DNA from: Octopus sinensis
Taxonomy: Eukaryota
Direction: 5' to 3'
DNA length: 64,000 bases
Assembly (NCBI RefSeq): GCF_006345805.1
Contig: NC_042997.1
Coordinates: 171,740,001-171,804,000, forward strand
In this document: piece by piece, positions 13,530-26,689 of the stretch
Position numbering within the stretch: position 1 is the first letter of the stretch
Layout of the letters: every line of letters begins with the position of its first letter
Position numbers and translations under genes: made by a program
The notes under the pieces: generated by a model
The model's input: the letters and a program-made list of their open reading frames with translations, nothing else
Database searches by the model: none
What the model was told of the DNA's origin: nothing

Positions 13530-13770
13530 CATTACTTTCTGAAAACTCACAGCTTATTTTGCTGGGTATGATGGAAAGAGTCAGCTGTCCACAGCCAGCA
13601 GATGAAAGTGACTGGCCCTGCTTCAAGAACTCTGTGAAGAATTCTTGCAGTTCCAAGCAATGCTTATTTTTGTAGGTGTTCTGCCTTCACACTGGCACCA
13701 ATCTTTTTCAGCCATGCTGGTAGTTGAGTGCTGATGCTTCCAAGTACACCAGACAGAGTGCTTAGTGGCA
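13490..13770 (-). mobile_element. R4/Dong-like LINE 3' end with (AAT)n tail
   Basis: Minus strand LKKIGASVKAEHLQK*ALLGTARILHRVLEA, a short 3'UTR, then a (taa)n run at 13490-13530. Confidence 0.75.
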
Positions 13771-13964
13771 TTTCATCTTTCTTTATATTCTGAGTTAAAA
13801 TTCCACCAAGGTCAACTTAGCCTTTCATTCTTTTTTTTTTTGATGGGGGGAGGGGTCAATAAAACAAGTACCAGTTGAGCACTGGGATTGATGTAATTGA
13901 CTTCACCTCCTCTCAAAAACTGGTGGTCTTGTGCCAAAATTTGATGGTGAACTGGCTGAGGCAC

Positions 13965-14038
13965 CTTGGGCAAGTGTCTTCTACTGTAGACTTGTGAGTG
14001 GATTTGGTAGATGGAAACTGAAAGAAGCCCATCGTGTG

Positions 14039-14069
<31 letters not shown>

Positions 14070-14245
14070 ATGTATATATATATATATAATATATATATAT
14101 ATATATGTATATGTACGTATGTATGCATGTATGCATGTATGTATGTATTACAAAGAATAAGTGCTGGGGTCGATTTGTTTGACTAAAGGCGGTGCCCCAG
14201 CATGGCCACAGTCAAATGACTGAAACAAGTAAAAGTAAAAGATAA
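13965..14245 (+). mobile_element. SINE family A copy (partial)
   Basis: caccttgggcaagtgtctt body and tail ggcggtgccccagcatggccacagtcaaatgactgaaacaagtaaaag. Confidence 0.85.
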
Positions 14246-14324
14246 AACGTAAAATGCCAGGCAAAATGCTTACCAGCATTTCATCCATGAGAGTCACTGC
14301 CTGGTACTGTATCAGGACTTTTAG

Positions 14325-14470
<146 letters not shown>

Positions 14471-15666
14471 TTTCCATGAGGCATTTTGCCTAGTGTGCTA
14501 TCAGTTTTGCTAACTCACTGCTTTAGAGACAGTAAATATTAAAATAACAACATTAGAGTTCATCTGCATGTTAATATTTAGTCTATAATTTTAGCATTCA
14601 TTTGCATGTTATATAGAATATGTAATTTTCAGTCATGTTTTAATGAATTAATGAAAATAAATAATAATAAAGAAATAATAAAGAAAACAACACCGTATTT
14701 CTTCATCTAAACACATTACAAGAGAAAATAAAGGAAGATGATGTCTGTCTGGTTCAATGAAACAAACAGAAATATTTTTATATTCACTGATTGGATTTCA
14801 AATAAAATTATCTGAAATTTGTTGACTAATTACCAAGCTGCTGTCAGATGATGATATGATCTTAGCTGCAGCAATCAAACTACCTAAAGTAGTTAAGTGC
14901 AAATAATTAATAATTATAAGGTGGGATAGACAAAAAAAAAAAAAAGAAATTAAAAAACATATCTGTGGTAACTAAAAAAATAAATTAAATTAAAATGCAA
15001 AAAAGTATTTTTGCAAATTTTAAAAGATATTGAATTCCATATGAAGAAAAAATGTAAACAGGATTTCTAGAAAGATTAGATGCTTTTAATTAATATCTCT
15101 TTAAATCAACTGAGATTAATTATATATTACATCAGGCAGCAATGAGAAATGACTGTTTATATGTATGTCATCATAACTAATCTTGCTAAGAAGATTGTTT
15201 GGAGGTTAAAAATCTGAGTTAAAAGGAGCATGCGGTGAAGAATTAGATTATTGAGAATCTCAGTATGTAATGCTAGAATTGAAGAACACAGAATCTACCA
15301 ACCATTCCATCCTTCTACCTGTCCCTCCATCCATCCATCCATTCATCCAACCAGTTTGTTTATTCATCTATCCAACCATCCACCCATCCATCTGTCCACC
15401 TGTCTACCTGTCCATCCATCAATCCATCCATCCATCCATCCATCCATCCATCGACTCCTAAGATCGCTAGCCACTACACATTCTTTATTTTCTCTCATTG
15501 TTTCTTTCTGTGTTCCTTTCTCTAGAAGAGCATAGGCTCAAAATGTTAAAGACTTTTTCACTTCCAGAGCGTTATACTAATATATCTGTTTGTTGTCTAC
15601 ACCACCTGTCTTCATCTTCTGTTTTTTTTAGTGAATTTTCCCTATATATATATGTGTGTGTGTGTG

Positions 15667-15730
<64 letters not shown>

Positions 15731-16177
15731 CCCTAAATATGTAAATATATTTATCTCTAATCTGTCTGTCTGTCAATCTGTGTACTTGTGTGCCTGCCTG
15801 TCTGCCTACTGCCTATTTGCATGTCTGTCTATCTAGCTAAATGTAGTTATTCCATGTTGCAAAGTGATTTGTCTTTGGAAGGGCATCCAACCATTAAAAA
15901 CCATGCTAAAAACTAATGTTCAAAGAAGACATGGAACCCACAAATAACAGTACAAGCTAATAATCTAAGAGGGCAGAAACTCTGAATAACAACTGGTATA
16001 GGGTGGGCAGAGAAGACTCTTTCATCCAAATTCAAATGACCTATCTAGTTCCAGTGACACAGTAACATACACTCAGTCAATGCTGTGACGGCACGTGGCC
16101 CAGTGGTTAAGGTGTTGCACTCACAATCACAAAATAATGAGTTTGATTTCTGGACCAGGTAGTGCATTGTGTTCTTA

Positions 16178-16670
16178 AACAGTCGCCATAATCTTCTTTT
16201 TGAAGAGCTCAGGTTTAGGGAGGGTTTTTGGTGCTTCATTTTGGTCCAACCACTGCAAATAACGTTTTTTATTATTGTACAGAATCCACTTTCCATTACA
16301 AGTTACAATATGGTTAAGAAATGGATCAGTCTGGTTACGAGGATGAAGCGACAAGTAAATTTCATATCTGCACATTTTCTGATATTCATTCAAATCGTGT
16401 GGTACCCATTTGTTGAGCTTTTTGATTCTCTGATCACATGCAAATGGTTGCAGGCAGTTTTCTGGCTAACTCGAATGGTTTTACCTGGATCTTTCTCAAA
16501 AATGGTCTTTAATTGACTGCCATCGATGACAGATGGACATCCACTATGCACATGATCATCAAGGCTAAGTTCTCCACTATGAAGTCGTTCAAACCATTTT
16601 CAAGCTGACCACTCACTGGTCATTTCCGCACCAAATGTTCCATTGATATCATGAGCAGTTTCAGCTCATG
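16178..16670 (-). mobile_element. mariner transposase remnant (HTH + first catalytic Asp region)
   Basis: Minus strand AETAHDINGTFG...KWVPHDLNEYQK...DPFLNHIVTCNGKWILYNN...PKPELFKKKIMATV. Confidence 0.9.
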
Positions 16671-17565
16671 TATATATATATACATATATATACACATATA
16701 CACACACTCAAACACACACATATTCTTTATTCATTTATGTGCGTGTGTGTGTGTGTGTGTGTGGTGTGTGCTACTGTCAGCATCATGCAAGTGGTGTCCT
16801 TCATTTCCACTTTTCAGTACAAACATACCTGGTCCTGAGGAAATCTTACCTTACATGGGAATAAGTAAAGGTTGGTGATAGGAAGGGTATCCAGCTGTAG
16901 AAAACCTGCCGCCACAGACTCCATCCAGCAGAAGCAAGCTTAGAAAAGTGAACATTGAAACGGCGACGACGACAACGACGACGACGATGATGATGATGAT
17001 GATGATGGTGATGATGGTGATGATGATGATGATGTTGATAATGATGATGATACTGAAGCAAGAGTCTAGTAAGTATGAAGTAATGAGGGATAGATGCTGA
17101 AACAGGTAATGTAGAGTAAAACAAGAAAATATAATATGGAAATCATACATCTCTGTAAAACATGCAATATAGAAAAGAGGGAAGGAGGAACTGAATAATT
17201 ACATTAAATACTAAATTACGTAGATAGGGAAGAATGCAAGTATGGAAAGCATGAGAGAATTGAGTTGGAACAGACAAACCAGAAACAGAAGACCGAGTAA
17301 AAGAGGGACACCAATGAAAATAGGTATTCAGGAGAGCAAACATTAGGAAATTATGTGTGAGAGTTACAGAAACATAAAAGTAAATAAATTCAAATGATGA
17401 ACCATGCTAGAAGGAATATACCAGATTGAGGCCATGACCATATACAATTTCTCACATATAAATCCTTCCATCCAGGAAGACAAATGAGTCGGGCAAACCG
17501 TTTCACAACAATGTAAAGACGGCAGTTATGGGAAGCACTGATGTAGTAGCTCTGAAACACAAGCA

Positions 17566-17693
17566 TCAACAACAGCAACAGCAATAACAACAACAACAAC
17601 AACAGCAGCAGCAACAACAACAACAACAGCAACAGCAACAACAACAACAACAACAGCAGCAGCAGCAGCAACAACAACAACAACAACAGCAAC

Positions 17694-17736
<43 letters not shown>

Positions 17737-17752
17737 ATAACAGCAACAATGA
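17566..17752. repeat. (CAA/CAG)n trinucleotide tract
   Basis: Direct reading. In-frame TAA codons argue against polyQ coding. Confidence 0.95.
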
Positions 17753-18094
17753 CAAAAATGAAGTGATACAGAACATGCGAATCGCCATATGCGTACAGGT
17801 GTATGTATGCACATGCATGCAGAGAGAGAGAGAGAGAGGAGCGGATTAATATTGTGAACATAGAGAAAAAAAAATAAAGTAGACTCACAGGAATACAGTT
17901 ACATGCTGGAACCAACATATATGTATCAACAAACATGTGCTAGCATGCAAATATAGCAACACAAACAAACACACAGAAACAGATGTGCAACAGCAAGCAA
18001 ATACCGATAACAACATTGACTTTTAAGCTCATAGGCCAGTGCTGATGCAGTTATAAAAATGTACACGCATCTAAATGTGGCAACATGAACCAAT

Positions 18095-18415
18095 ACATCA
18101 TCATCATCATCATCATCATTTAGCATCCACTCTCCATGCTAGCATGGGTTGGACGGTTCAACTGGGGTTCTGTGAAGCTGGAAGGCTTCATCAGGCCCAG
18201 TCAAATCTGGCAGTGTTTCTACGGCTGGATGCCCTTCCTAACGCCAACCACTCCGTGAGTGTAGTGGGTGCTTTTTACATGCCACCCGCACAGGTGCCAG
18301 ACAGAGCTGGCAAACGGCCACGAACAGATGGTGCTTTTATGTGTCACCGGCACGGGGGCCAGGCGAGGCTGGCAATGGACACGAACGGATGGTGCTTTTA
18401 CGTGCCACCAACACA
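18095..18415 (-). mobile_element. repeat B copy with internal tandem modules
   Basis: Near-identical to 23282-23600. Confidence 0.9.
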
Positions 18416-18663
18416 TATATATATATGTGCATAGACACACACATACATATACATATACTCTTAATATATTTTCCAATGCTTCTTATTAACTATAATGACT
18501 ACATATAATCAGGTATGGCTGGGTAGTTAAGAAATGTGATTTGTAATCATATAGTTTTGGTTTCAGTCCTTATGCACAGCATCTTAGGTAAGTGTCTTCT
18601 ATGAGTAGAGCTGCAGGTGACCTATGCCTTGTAAGTGAATTTGATGAATGAAAACTGCATAAA

Positions 18664-18697
<34 letters not shown>

Positions 18698-18851
18698 TAT
18701 ACATATATACACACATACATTCATATACATACATGATACACACACATGTGCATGCATATAGGTTTGGTGATAAATGCCAGTGCATGAAACTCTTGACCTT
18801 TGATTCACTCTGTAACTTCTACCAATTATTAATCACACACACACACACACG

Positions 18852-18898
<47 letters not shown>

Positions 18899-18974
18899 AT
18901 TTAGGAATGGTCATTTTGCCAGTTTAGCCAATAAAAACACACGCACTATATATATATATATATATTATATATAT

Positions 18975-21360
18975 AAATAGATGAGTGTATTTTTACCTTG
19001 TTAACAATTAACACGGAAAAATAAATAAATAGTTACCAGGGCAGCAAAAATCTCACAAGTAAAGATGTTGTAACTCCTTGTTTATAAAGGTAGAAACTTC
19101 ATGTTTACGTTGAATATTTGAATAATATGAATAAAAATTGGAGTTAAGGCAGGTGTAAACAAATATTTTTACTTTCGACACATGTTTCGAAAATTCCACT
19201 GATACTATTCAAAAGAATAAATGGTATAAACAATGCAATCTTCTCTTCGGGAAAGTGAAAAAAACGAAACTCGTCAATACGACATTTTAGCAAAAAATGA
19301 TGGATTTGTATAGCGATAGACAGAACACTATTAATATTGTTTAAAAAAACGTTATATGATATAACGTCATAAGTAGCTAACAAAAGAGTAGGGATATTAA
19401 TAGTGAATGTTAAATATAAAGGAAATAAGTTTAAATTATATAATGATAGAGACTACTTATATGCACTAAATGTATGTTTTTGCCAATGCTTACATCTGTA
19501 TGCTCGCTCTATATCCGTGTTTACTAGAGTATTTTTAGAAAAAATAATGAAAAATAGCTCAGAATTGCAGAGAAGACAGAATTTCTTGCCTTTGTCATAT
19601 GGTATCGAAATTGGGAGGATGAACCATTCTAAATGAAATTGTTCATTGTGGTCTTTTAAATCCCAAATCAGTTTGCTGAGACCGGTACTATTCCGTTTAT
19701 TTCTATCCCTAAATGTTGAGTAATGGATAGAAATTCTTTTAGATAACTCTAACGATTGCTTCTTCCAATGTAAAATCGTACTTTATTACGAGTACTGATT
19801 ATACACTGGTATATAGAATTTTTAATCTTAGAGTTACTTGACATAAATTTAATTCTATTGGAATTGACTTCAGATACATAACCTTGTTATTAATATTTCT
19901 AGAGAGTTGGATGGTATTAGCTAAATTAATGTTAGTATTAGTAAATGCATTAATATTTAACAGTTTGTTATTATGAGAAGATATAATTTGCAAGAGATTT
20001 TTTGTGTTTGAAAAACCTATCCTAACCTTATGTGAATTAATTATAGAATAATATCTAGAATTGTTTGGAAAATTCCTAGCAATAGCTTGACGAAACAGCA
20101 GTGGGATATTAGATTTAATTTGTCTCCCGTAAGGGATTATTAACCAAATATTTTTACTAGTATTCATAGCGTAATTACTTTTGAAGGTGTTATATTTACT
20201 TTTAGATCGATAATAGGGGATTAAATAAGGGTTATCTGCCTTCATTCGCTTTGTATTGGTGCGTAAGTTATGTTTGTTATCAATAATTCTTTTACGACTA
20301 GAAATCTTATCTACATTATTGAATTTACAATTAGACTGAGCAGAATCAATGTAGAAAATTTTTTCTGTATAACCTGCTTTGATTAAGGCAAAGTTATAGA
20401 ATTCAGCGTTATTATTGAAAATATCAACATTAGCAGATAATTTAGATAATCTAAATGAAATATTCTTAACTAAGTTCTTAGTATTTGCTCCAGGATGATT
20501 ACTAAATTGCTAATGTACTTAAGATTGGTCAACGGTTTATGATATGGGAAGTAAGAGTCACTGTGTAAATAAGCGTAATATCTAAAAAGTTGGCCTTCGT
20601 CAGATCGTCATCAAAAACGATTTTTAAGCCCATTCTACTGAAAAATTAACTAAACTCTTCTTAACTTTTTGTACCTTTTGGTTGGAAACATTTTGGAGGT
20701 AAAGTAAACAATGATCACGATATAGACCTCCATAAATGTTAGGGAACTCTTCAGCCATTTCAAAAAGAATATATATACAGACCAAATCAGCTATCTGTGC
20801 TGAATCAGAACTTCCCATTGGTATATCGAAACTATCTGGTGTGTCTTTACGGACCCACAACTTATCATCAAATTTAATAATAGATCTTCTGGCTGCCAAC
20901 ACAACATTAATTTCTTCTCAGTGAGATCAGCTTTGTTATGAGCAAGCCAAAGTGCCTTATTAAGTACTATGGATTAATAGATGAATAAAATTGGAAATAT
21001 CAAACTGGATAAACTTTGTACTCACCTTACTGTTAATAGACCTAAACCAGTCAACTACTTCAAATGAATTAGCCATAACTAAGCTTTAATGTTTTGATTA
21101 AATTAGGAATATTTATCTAGTATATTTTTACTAAGGATACCGATGTCAGAGCTAGAAGGGCAGATAAGCCTTAATGATGGGTTAGTAAAAAAATTTGGTT
21201 GTGATCCTTCAAAATGAACCGAGGTTGCTTAGGAATAAGTGGTTCTGTCTTCATTTGTAGGTTATATTTATCCATGATTTTCATAGCCTCAATGTTGGCT
21301 TTCTTAAGTATTCTTTTATCAGCAATTTTTACTTTTTCTGAATTTCTTTTTTAAGTAATT
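18975..21360 (-). mobile_element. Penelope-like element (decayed RT + GIY-YIG endonuclease + terminal repeat)
   Basis: Minus strand: FILKDHN...RLICPSSSDIGILSKNILDK; FDIPMGSSDSAQIADLVCIYIL...GLYRDHCL; IIPYGRQIKSNI...FSNTKNLLQIISSHNNKLL. GIY-YIG region is homologous to 52878-53250. Frameshifts and stops present. Confidence 0.93.
19171..19256 (-). ncRNA. type I hammerhead ribozyme, core-mutated (CCGAAGA)
   Basis: Minus strand actttc-CCGAAGA-gaagatt...aattttc-GAAAC-atgt-GTC-gaaagt. Confidence 0.8.
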
Positions 21361-21478
21361 CCGAAGAGAAGATTGCATTGTTTATACCATTTATTCTTTA
21401 GAATAGTATCATTGGAATTTTCGAAACATGTGTCGAAAGTAAAATATTTGTTTACACCTGCGTTAACTCCATTTTTTA
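21361..21478 (+). mobile_element. inverted partial terminal repeat (pLTR) of the Penelope element
   Basis: Near-perfect reverse complement of about 19135-19250. Followed by (TA)n. Confidence 0.92.
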
Positions 21479-21552
<74 letters not shown>

Positions 21553-22168
21553 GTATATATATTTGAAAGTCTATGAGAATTACTTAATATAGTTTTGAAG
21601 TGTAAAGGTGATCTTTTTAAATAAATAAATTTTTTTTAAAACATTAGGAAATCTTTTATCAGGATGTTACTAACCTTTTATGGGAAGAAGTTTTTTTTCT
21701 AATGTGTGAGTGCTTTCTTTTAACCTTTTCAAACTCAAGTGAATTTGGAAGGATATATTAGCTGGGCAGATACCATATTAGCTCTCACTTAACTTCCAGT
21801 TAATGGCTAACTACAACAATTATAGTGTGCTGCATAGAACTATAAAATAAAATTTGTGGATGTACAAGACAGCATACTCTTTATTATATATAATATCTGT
21901 ATCTTTCTCTCTCTCTCTCTCTCTCTCTATGTATATATATATATTATATATATATATATATAATTATTGTGACCATACATACTCAATGTATGTGTTTTGT
22001 TTGTTTGCTGATTCGCTGCGATATAGTGCTTGAGGGATGGCTCTCATTACGCTGGGTGTTAAAACACCTGAAATTCACAGACAGGTGAGACAATTCGCCT
22101 CCAATTGAATTCAGGAGTAATAGATACCAATATTTCACCATTTTTGTGGCTTATCAACATCACATATC

Positions 22169-22407
22169 TGAATTAAACTGGAGTCATATCAAATCGCCAG
22201 TCTATGACAATATGCAAATAGTGTAAAATCTATTTGCTGGTATGCATGGCAATACATATGTAAGATTAAATTCAGTAATAAATTATAAGCAGTACTAATG
22301 TTGTAAAAATTATTGATTGTACTCACCATGCATACCAGCAAATAGTTTTACACTATTTATATATAGACATAGATTGGTGATTCGATTTGTCCCTGGTTCA
22401 ATTCAAG
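22169..22407. mobile_element. foldback MITE-like hairpin
   Basis: About 88-bp imperfect inverted arms (22169-22256, 22320-22407), including aaatagtgtaaaa(t)ctatttgctggtatgcatgg and its reverse complement. Confidence 0.75.
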
Positions 22408-22424
22408 TATGTAATGGTGATATG

Positions 22425-23283
22425 CAAGGCTGTATTAAGCCCCATCAAGACCCTAAGCACTTAAAAGATTTTGGTGCTCCCATAAAAGATTATGTAATTC
22501 AAAATATAAACAATAACAAGCCATAAAATAAATTTTTATTTTTCAAAATGAAACAAAACAGTAAGAGGGAAAATAATGCTTATTTTTGTATAATTCCACT
22601 TTATTCATATTTGGAAAGTTTCCTCCTAATTTTTTGAATTGCAAAGTCTATGATCAAATCCTCAAAATTAATCTTAGGTAACGCATCTGCTTCTATACTT
22701 AGAAGAGATAAAGGCATCTCGAATATTATTCTAGCAAGTTTAAAGTGATTTCTTTTTTACCATTTCTGTGGTGCCCCCTCCTCTTCTTGATGCCTTAAGC
22801 ACATGCTTATTTTACTTAGCACTGGTAAAATATTTGTATCCATCACTCCTGAAAAGTATCAGAGGCAAGTTGTCTTGCCCTTCTAAAACATCCAGGTGTT
22901 TTAATACCCATTGTAATGAGAGAGTTATCCCTCAGGTGCTATATCTCAGTGAACTAGCAATTAAACAAAACACATACATTACTTATGTACAGTTGATAAT
23001 GTTTACAATGCTAGCACAATTCATTATTGAATTTAATCTTACTTATACATTGTCATTCATAAGAGCTAATAGGAACCATAAGGATATCCAGCTGTAAAAC
23101 AAAACCTATAGAAGAACATAGAAGGTCCCTAAATTTCTGGCATTCTATGTATTTATATTTTTGCCTGTCACTACACCTACAATATGGTCTTGTGAAGTGG
23201 GGAATAAAAAAATACGTACAAAATTGGTGTAACAGTGATTTGAATAGGTAAACCACATACCACTCCAGGGATTGCGATATATC
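22425..23283 (-). mobile_element. hAT-type non-autonomous element remnant
   Basis: Terminus aaggctgtattaagccccatcaagaccctaagcac. Minus strand LSLLSIEADALPKINFEDLIIDFAIQKIRRKL resembles the hAT C-terminal dimerisation domain. Confidence 0.7.
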
Positions 23284-23760
23284 ATCATCATCATCATCAT
23301 CATCATCGTTTAACGTCCGCTTTCCATGCTAGCATGGGTTGGACGGTTCTACTGGGGTCTGTGAAGCCAGAAGGCTTCATCAGGCCCAGTCAAATCTGGC
23401 AGTGTTTCTACGGCTGGATGCCCTTCCTAACGCCAACCACTCCGTGAGTGTAGTGGGTGCTTTTTACGTGCCACCCGCACAGGTGCCAGACAGAGCTGGC
23501 AAACGGCCACGAACGGATGGTGCTTTTTATGTGCCACCGGCACAAGGGCCAGGCGAGGCTGGCAATGGACACAAAACGGGGCGGTGCTGGCAACGGTTGC
23601 GAAACGGAAGGTTCTCTTACATGCCACCGGCACTGGTAACACATCTGCAATTTCCATTGATCGATTTCCATTCTGATCCTCACTTGCCTCAACAGGTCTT
23701 CACAAGTAGAGTTTCGACATGCCACCGGCACTGGTAACACATCTGCAATTTCCATTGATT
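23282..23760 (-). mobile_element. repeat B copy with several internal modules
   Basis: (cat)n-cgtttaacgtccgctttccatgc... with repeated gtgctttttacgtgccacc units and a 44-bp duplication (23619-23662, 23717-23760). Confidence 0.9.
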
Positions 23761-23827
23761 GATTTATATTTTATCTATTTATATACTTTATTTATATTTA
23801 AATAATATACTTTATTTATATTTAAAA

Positions 23828-24558
23828 AGTTACCTCCTACTTTTTTGAATTGCAAAGTCTTTGATCAGATCCTCAAAATTAATCTTAGGTAACACATCTG
23901 CATCTATACTTAGTAGAGATAAAGGCATCCCGAATATTATTTTAGCAAGTTTAAAGTGATTTCTTTTTTACCATTTCTGTGGTGCCCCCTCCTCTCCTTG
24001 ATGCCTTAAGTACATGCTTATTTTGTGATAAGCCACAAAAATGGTAAAATATTGGTATCCATCACTCCTGAAAGGTATCAGAAGCAAGTTCTTTCACTCT
24101 TCTAAAACATTCAGGTGTTTTAACACTTATCGTAGTGAGAGAGTCATCCCTCAGGTGCTATATCTCAGTGAACTGGCAATTAAACAAAACACATACATTA
24201 CTTATGTACAGTTGATAATGTTTGCAATGCTAGCACAATTCATTATTGAATTCAATCTTACTTATACATTGTCATGCATAAGAGCTAATAGGAACCATAA
24301 GGATATCCAGCTGTAAAACAAAACCTATAGAAGAACATAGAAGGTCCCTAAATTTCTGGCATTCTATGTATTTATATTTTTGCTTGTCACTACACCTACA
24401 ATATGGTCTTGTGAAGTGGGGAATAAAAAAAAAACGTACAAAATTGGTGTAACAGTCATTTGAATAGGTAAACCACATACCACTACAGGGATTGCGATAT
24501 ATCATCATCATCATCATCGTTTAACGTCCGCTCTCTATGCTAGCATGGGTTGGACGAT
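23828..24558 (-). repeat. tandem paralog of 22617-23345 (hAT segment + B tail)
   Basis: Colinear, high identity along about 730 bp. Track ORFs 22768/24041 and 23053/24272 are paralogous. Confidence 0.92.
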
Positions 24559-24618
24559 TTGACTGAGGACCTGCGAACCAGATGGCAGCGCCAGGCTCCA
24601 ATCTATATATATATATAT

Positions 24619-24699
<81 letters not shown>

Positions 24700-26358
24700 G
24701 AATGTATATATAAGGATTTATATGATAAAAAATATCCAGATGGGTAACATCCTGGAATTGGATAGACTTAGAACGTTTTAAAAATTGAGGTACACACACG
24801 AATTTGGTAGTCCTTTACTTCAGGGTATCCACTTTCCATTTTGTCATTCAGCATATCCTTTCTTTTCTTTTCTCTTCTTTTTTTTTTTTTTTTTACCTTT
24901 TTGACTGCCTTGAATCATTTTGTAAAGTTGAAAATTTTGCAATTGTTGTTACAAAAATACATTTACACACAATCTTTGTATACATATATATAGACACACA
25001 TAAATGAATATACACATAAATATTACGTACAGAGTCGACAGATGAGATTCAGAGATTCCCAATATAGAAAACACTTAACAGCACTCAAATATCAGATTTT
25101 TAACTCTCCACCCTGAAGAGGGCAGCCAGATTTAGCCAATGATTATAAGCTTCCATTACTGGTTGCACATTCTGGTAAACTACATTTGCCAACACTATGA
25201 CGTAAGTCCAGTTCTCCAGAAACAGCTGTCAGACTTGTAAAACCACACCTCCTGCCCTTTATTTTTTCTGTCATTGTACTCTGTGTTGCACATCCTGCAG
25301 AGCATACCAGATTGCTCTGTTAGTATATAAATATCTATATATTATACTTGAATATTCATCGATTGCAAATTTTCAGTTTTTGCTTTCTGTCTCTTTACAT
25401 GTATATATATTTTTTTTTTATATCAAACCCAAGCAGCTTTATTTTGTTTATTTGCACCATTGTCTCCATATTTGCTCACCTAAATATTATGCATATATAT
25501 GTATGTAAAAACAAAGAAAACGTTTTTTTCCTGGCTGTCAAACAAAACGATACTTACTACTGAATGACAATAGTGAAAATGATTGTCCATTAATTTTTGC
25601 AGCAAACATGAAAGTTATTATTGGGAAAAGAAAAGCGGAAAATAAATTATGTACATAAAGGATGAAATTTGTTTTTTTCTACTAGAAGCTACTTAGTACT
25701 AAAAATGTACTTATATCCCTAAATATGCATCTTTGATCTCAAAGAATTGCAGATTATTCATAAGACAACTCATCATAACCAATGCTTTCCATCCTGCGTA
25801 AAAAACAAAAAAAATTCACATCAAATTTGTCAATACTGATCATTTATATATGCTTAGACGAGGCTGTATCTGTATAGATATATGTCTGTGTGTACATGTG
25901 CATATGTGTATATGCTTAAGTGTAGTTATGTATGAATATGTACATATCAGATTAGCTGCATGAGTATGTTGAACCGAAAAATGCAGTGAACATTTGCTTA
26001 TGTCCAAGCACCATTATGGAACAACACACAGAACAAAGAATTGCTTTAAATTGCATCAGAGATCATGCTTCAAATTATTACAGTACATGATTTTCTACAC
26101 TTGGTGATAGCTTATCTATGTTTCCATCAGATATTTACTCTGTGTGTGTGCATGTGTGTATACGTGTCTGTGTGTGTGTGTGTATGTGTCTCTGTGTGTT
26201 TTGATGTATCTGTACATATTAAGTGCTTACATGTAGCTGTATTTGTATGTATTTTACTGTTTGTTGGGTATGATTTTCAATGTATAAATACATAATGTGC
26301 CCAGTCATAGTGTCATAGCATATGTACATGCATACAAGATACAATTATTATGAAAAGG

Positions 26359-26389
<31 letters not shown>

Positions 26390-26424
26390 TATATATAATA
26401 TATATATTAATATATATATATATT

Positions 26425-26492
<68 letters not shown>

Positions 26493-26555
26493 TATTTGAG
26501 ACAAAACCACTATTTTGCAAAACAAACAAGGAAAGACTTAATCAATACATATATA

Positions 26556-26635
<80 letters not shown>

Positions 26636-26689
26636 ATATAGATATATATATATATATATATATAATATATATATTAATATATATATGTG

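Noticed and set aside
13456-13656. Minus ORF LELQEFFTEFLKQ with a GTGAGT donor
   Set aside because: Another frame gives the ALLGTARIL LINE C-terminus, which explains the sequence better.
17566-17814. PolyQ/polyC/polyA protein
   Set aside because: Simple repeat. The Gln frame has TAA stops and no exon context.
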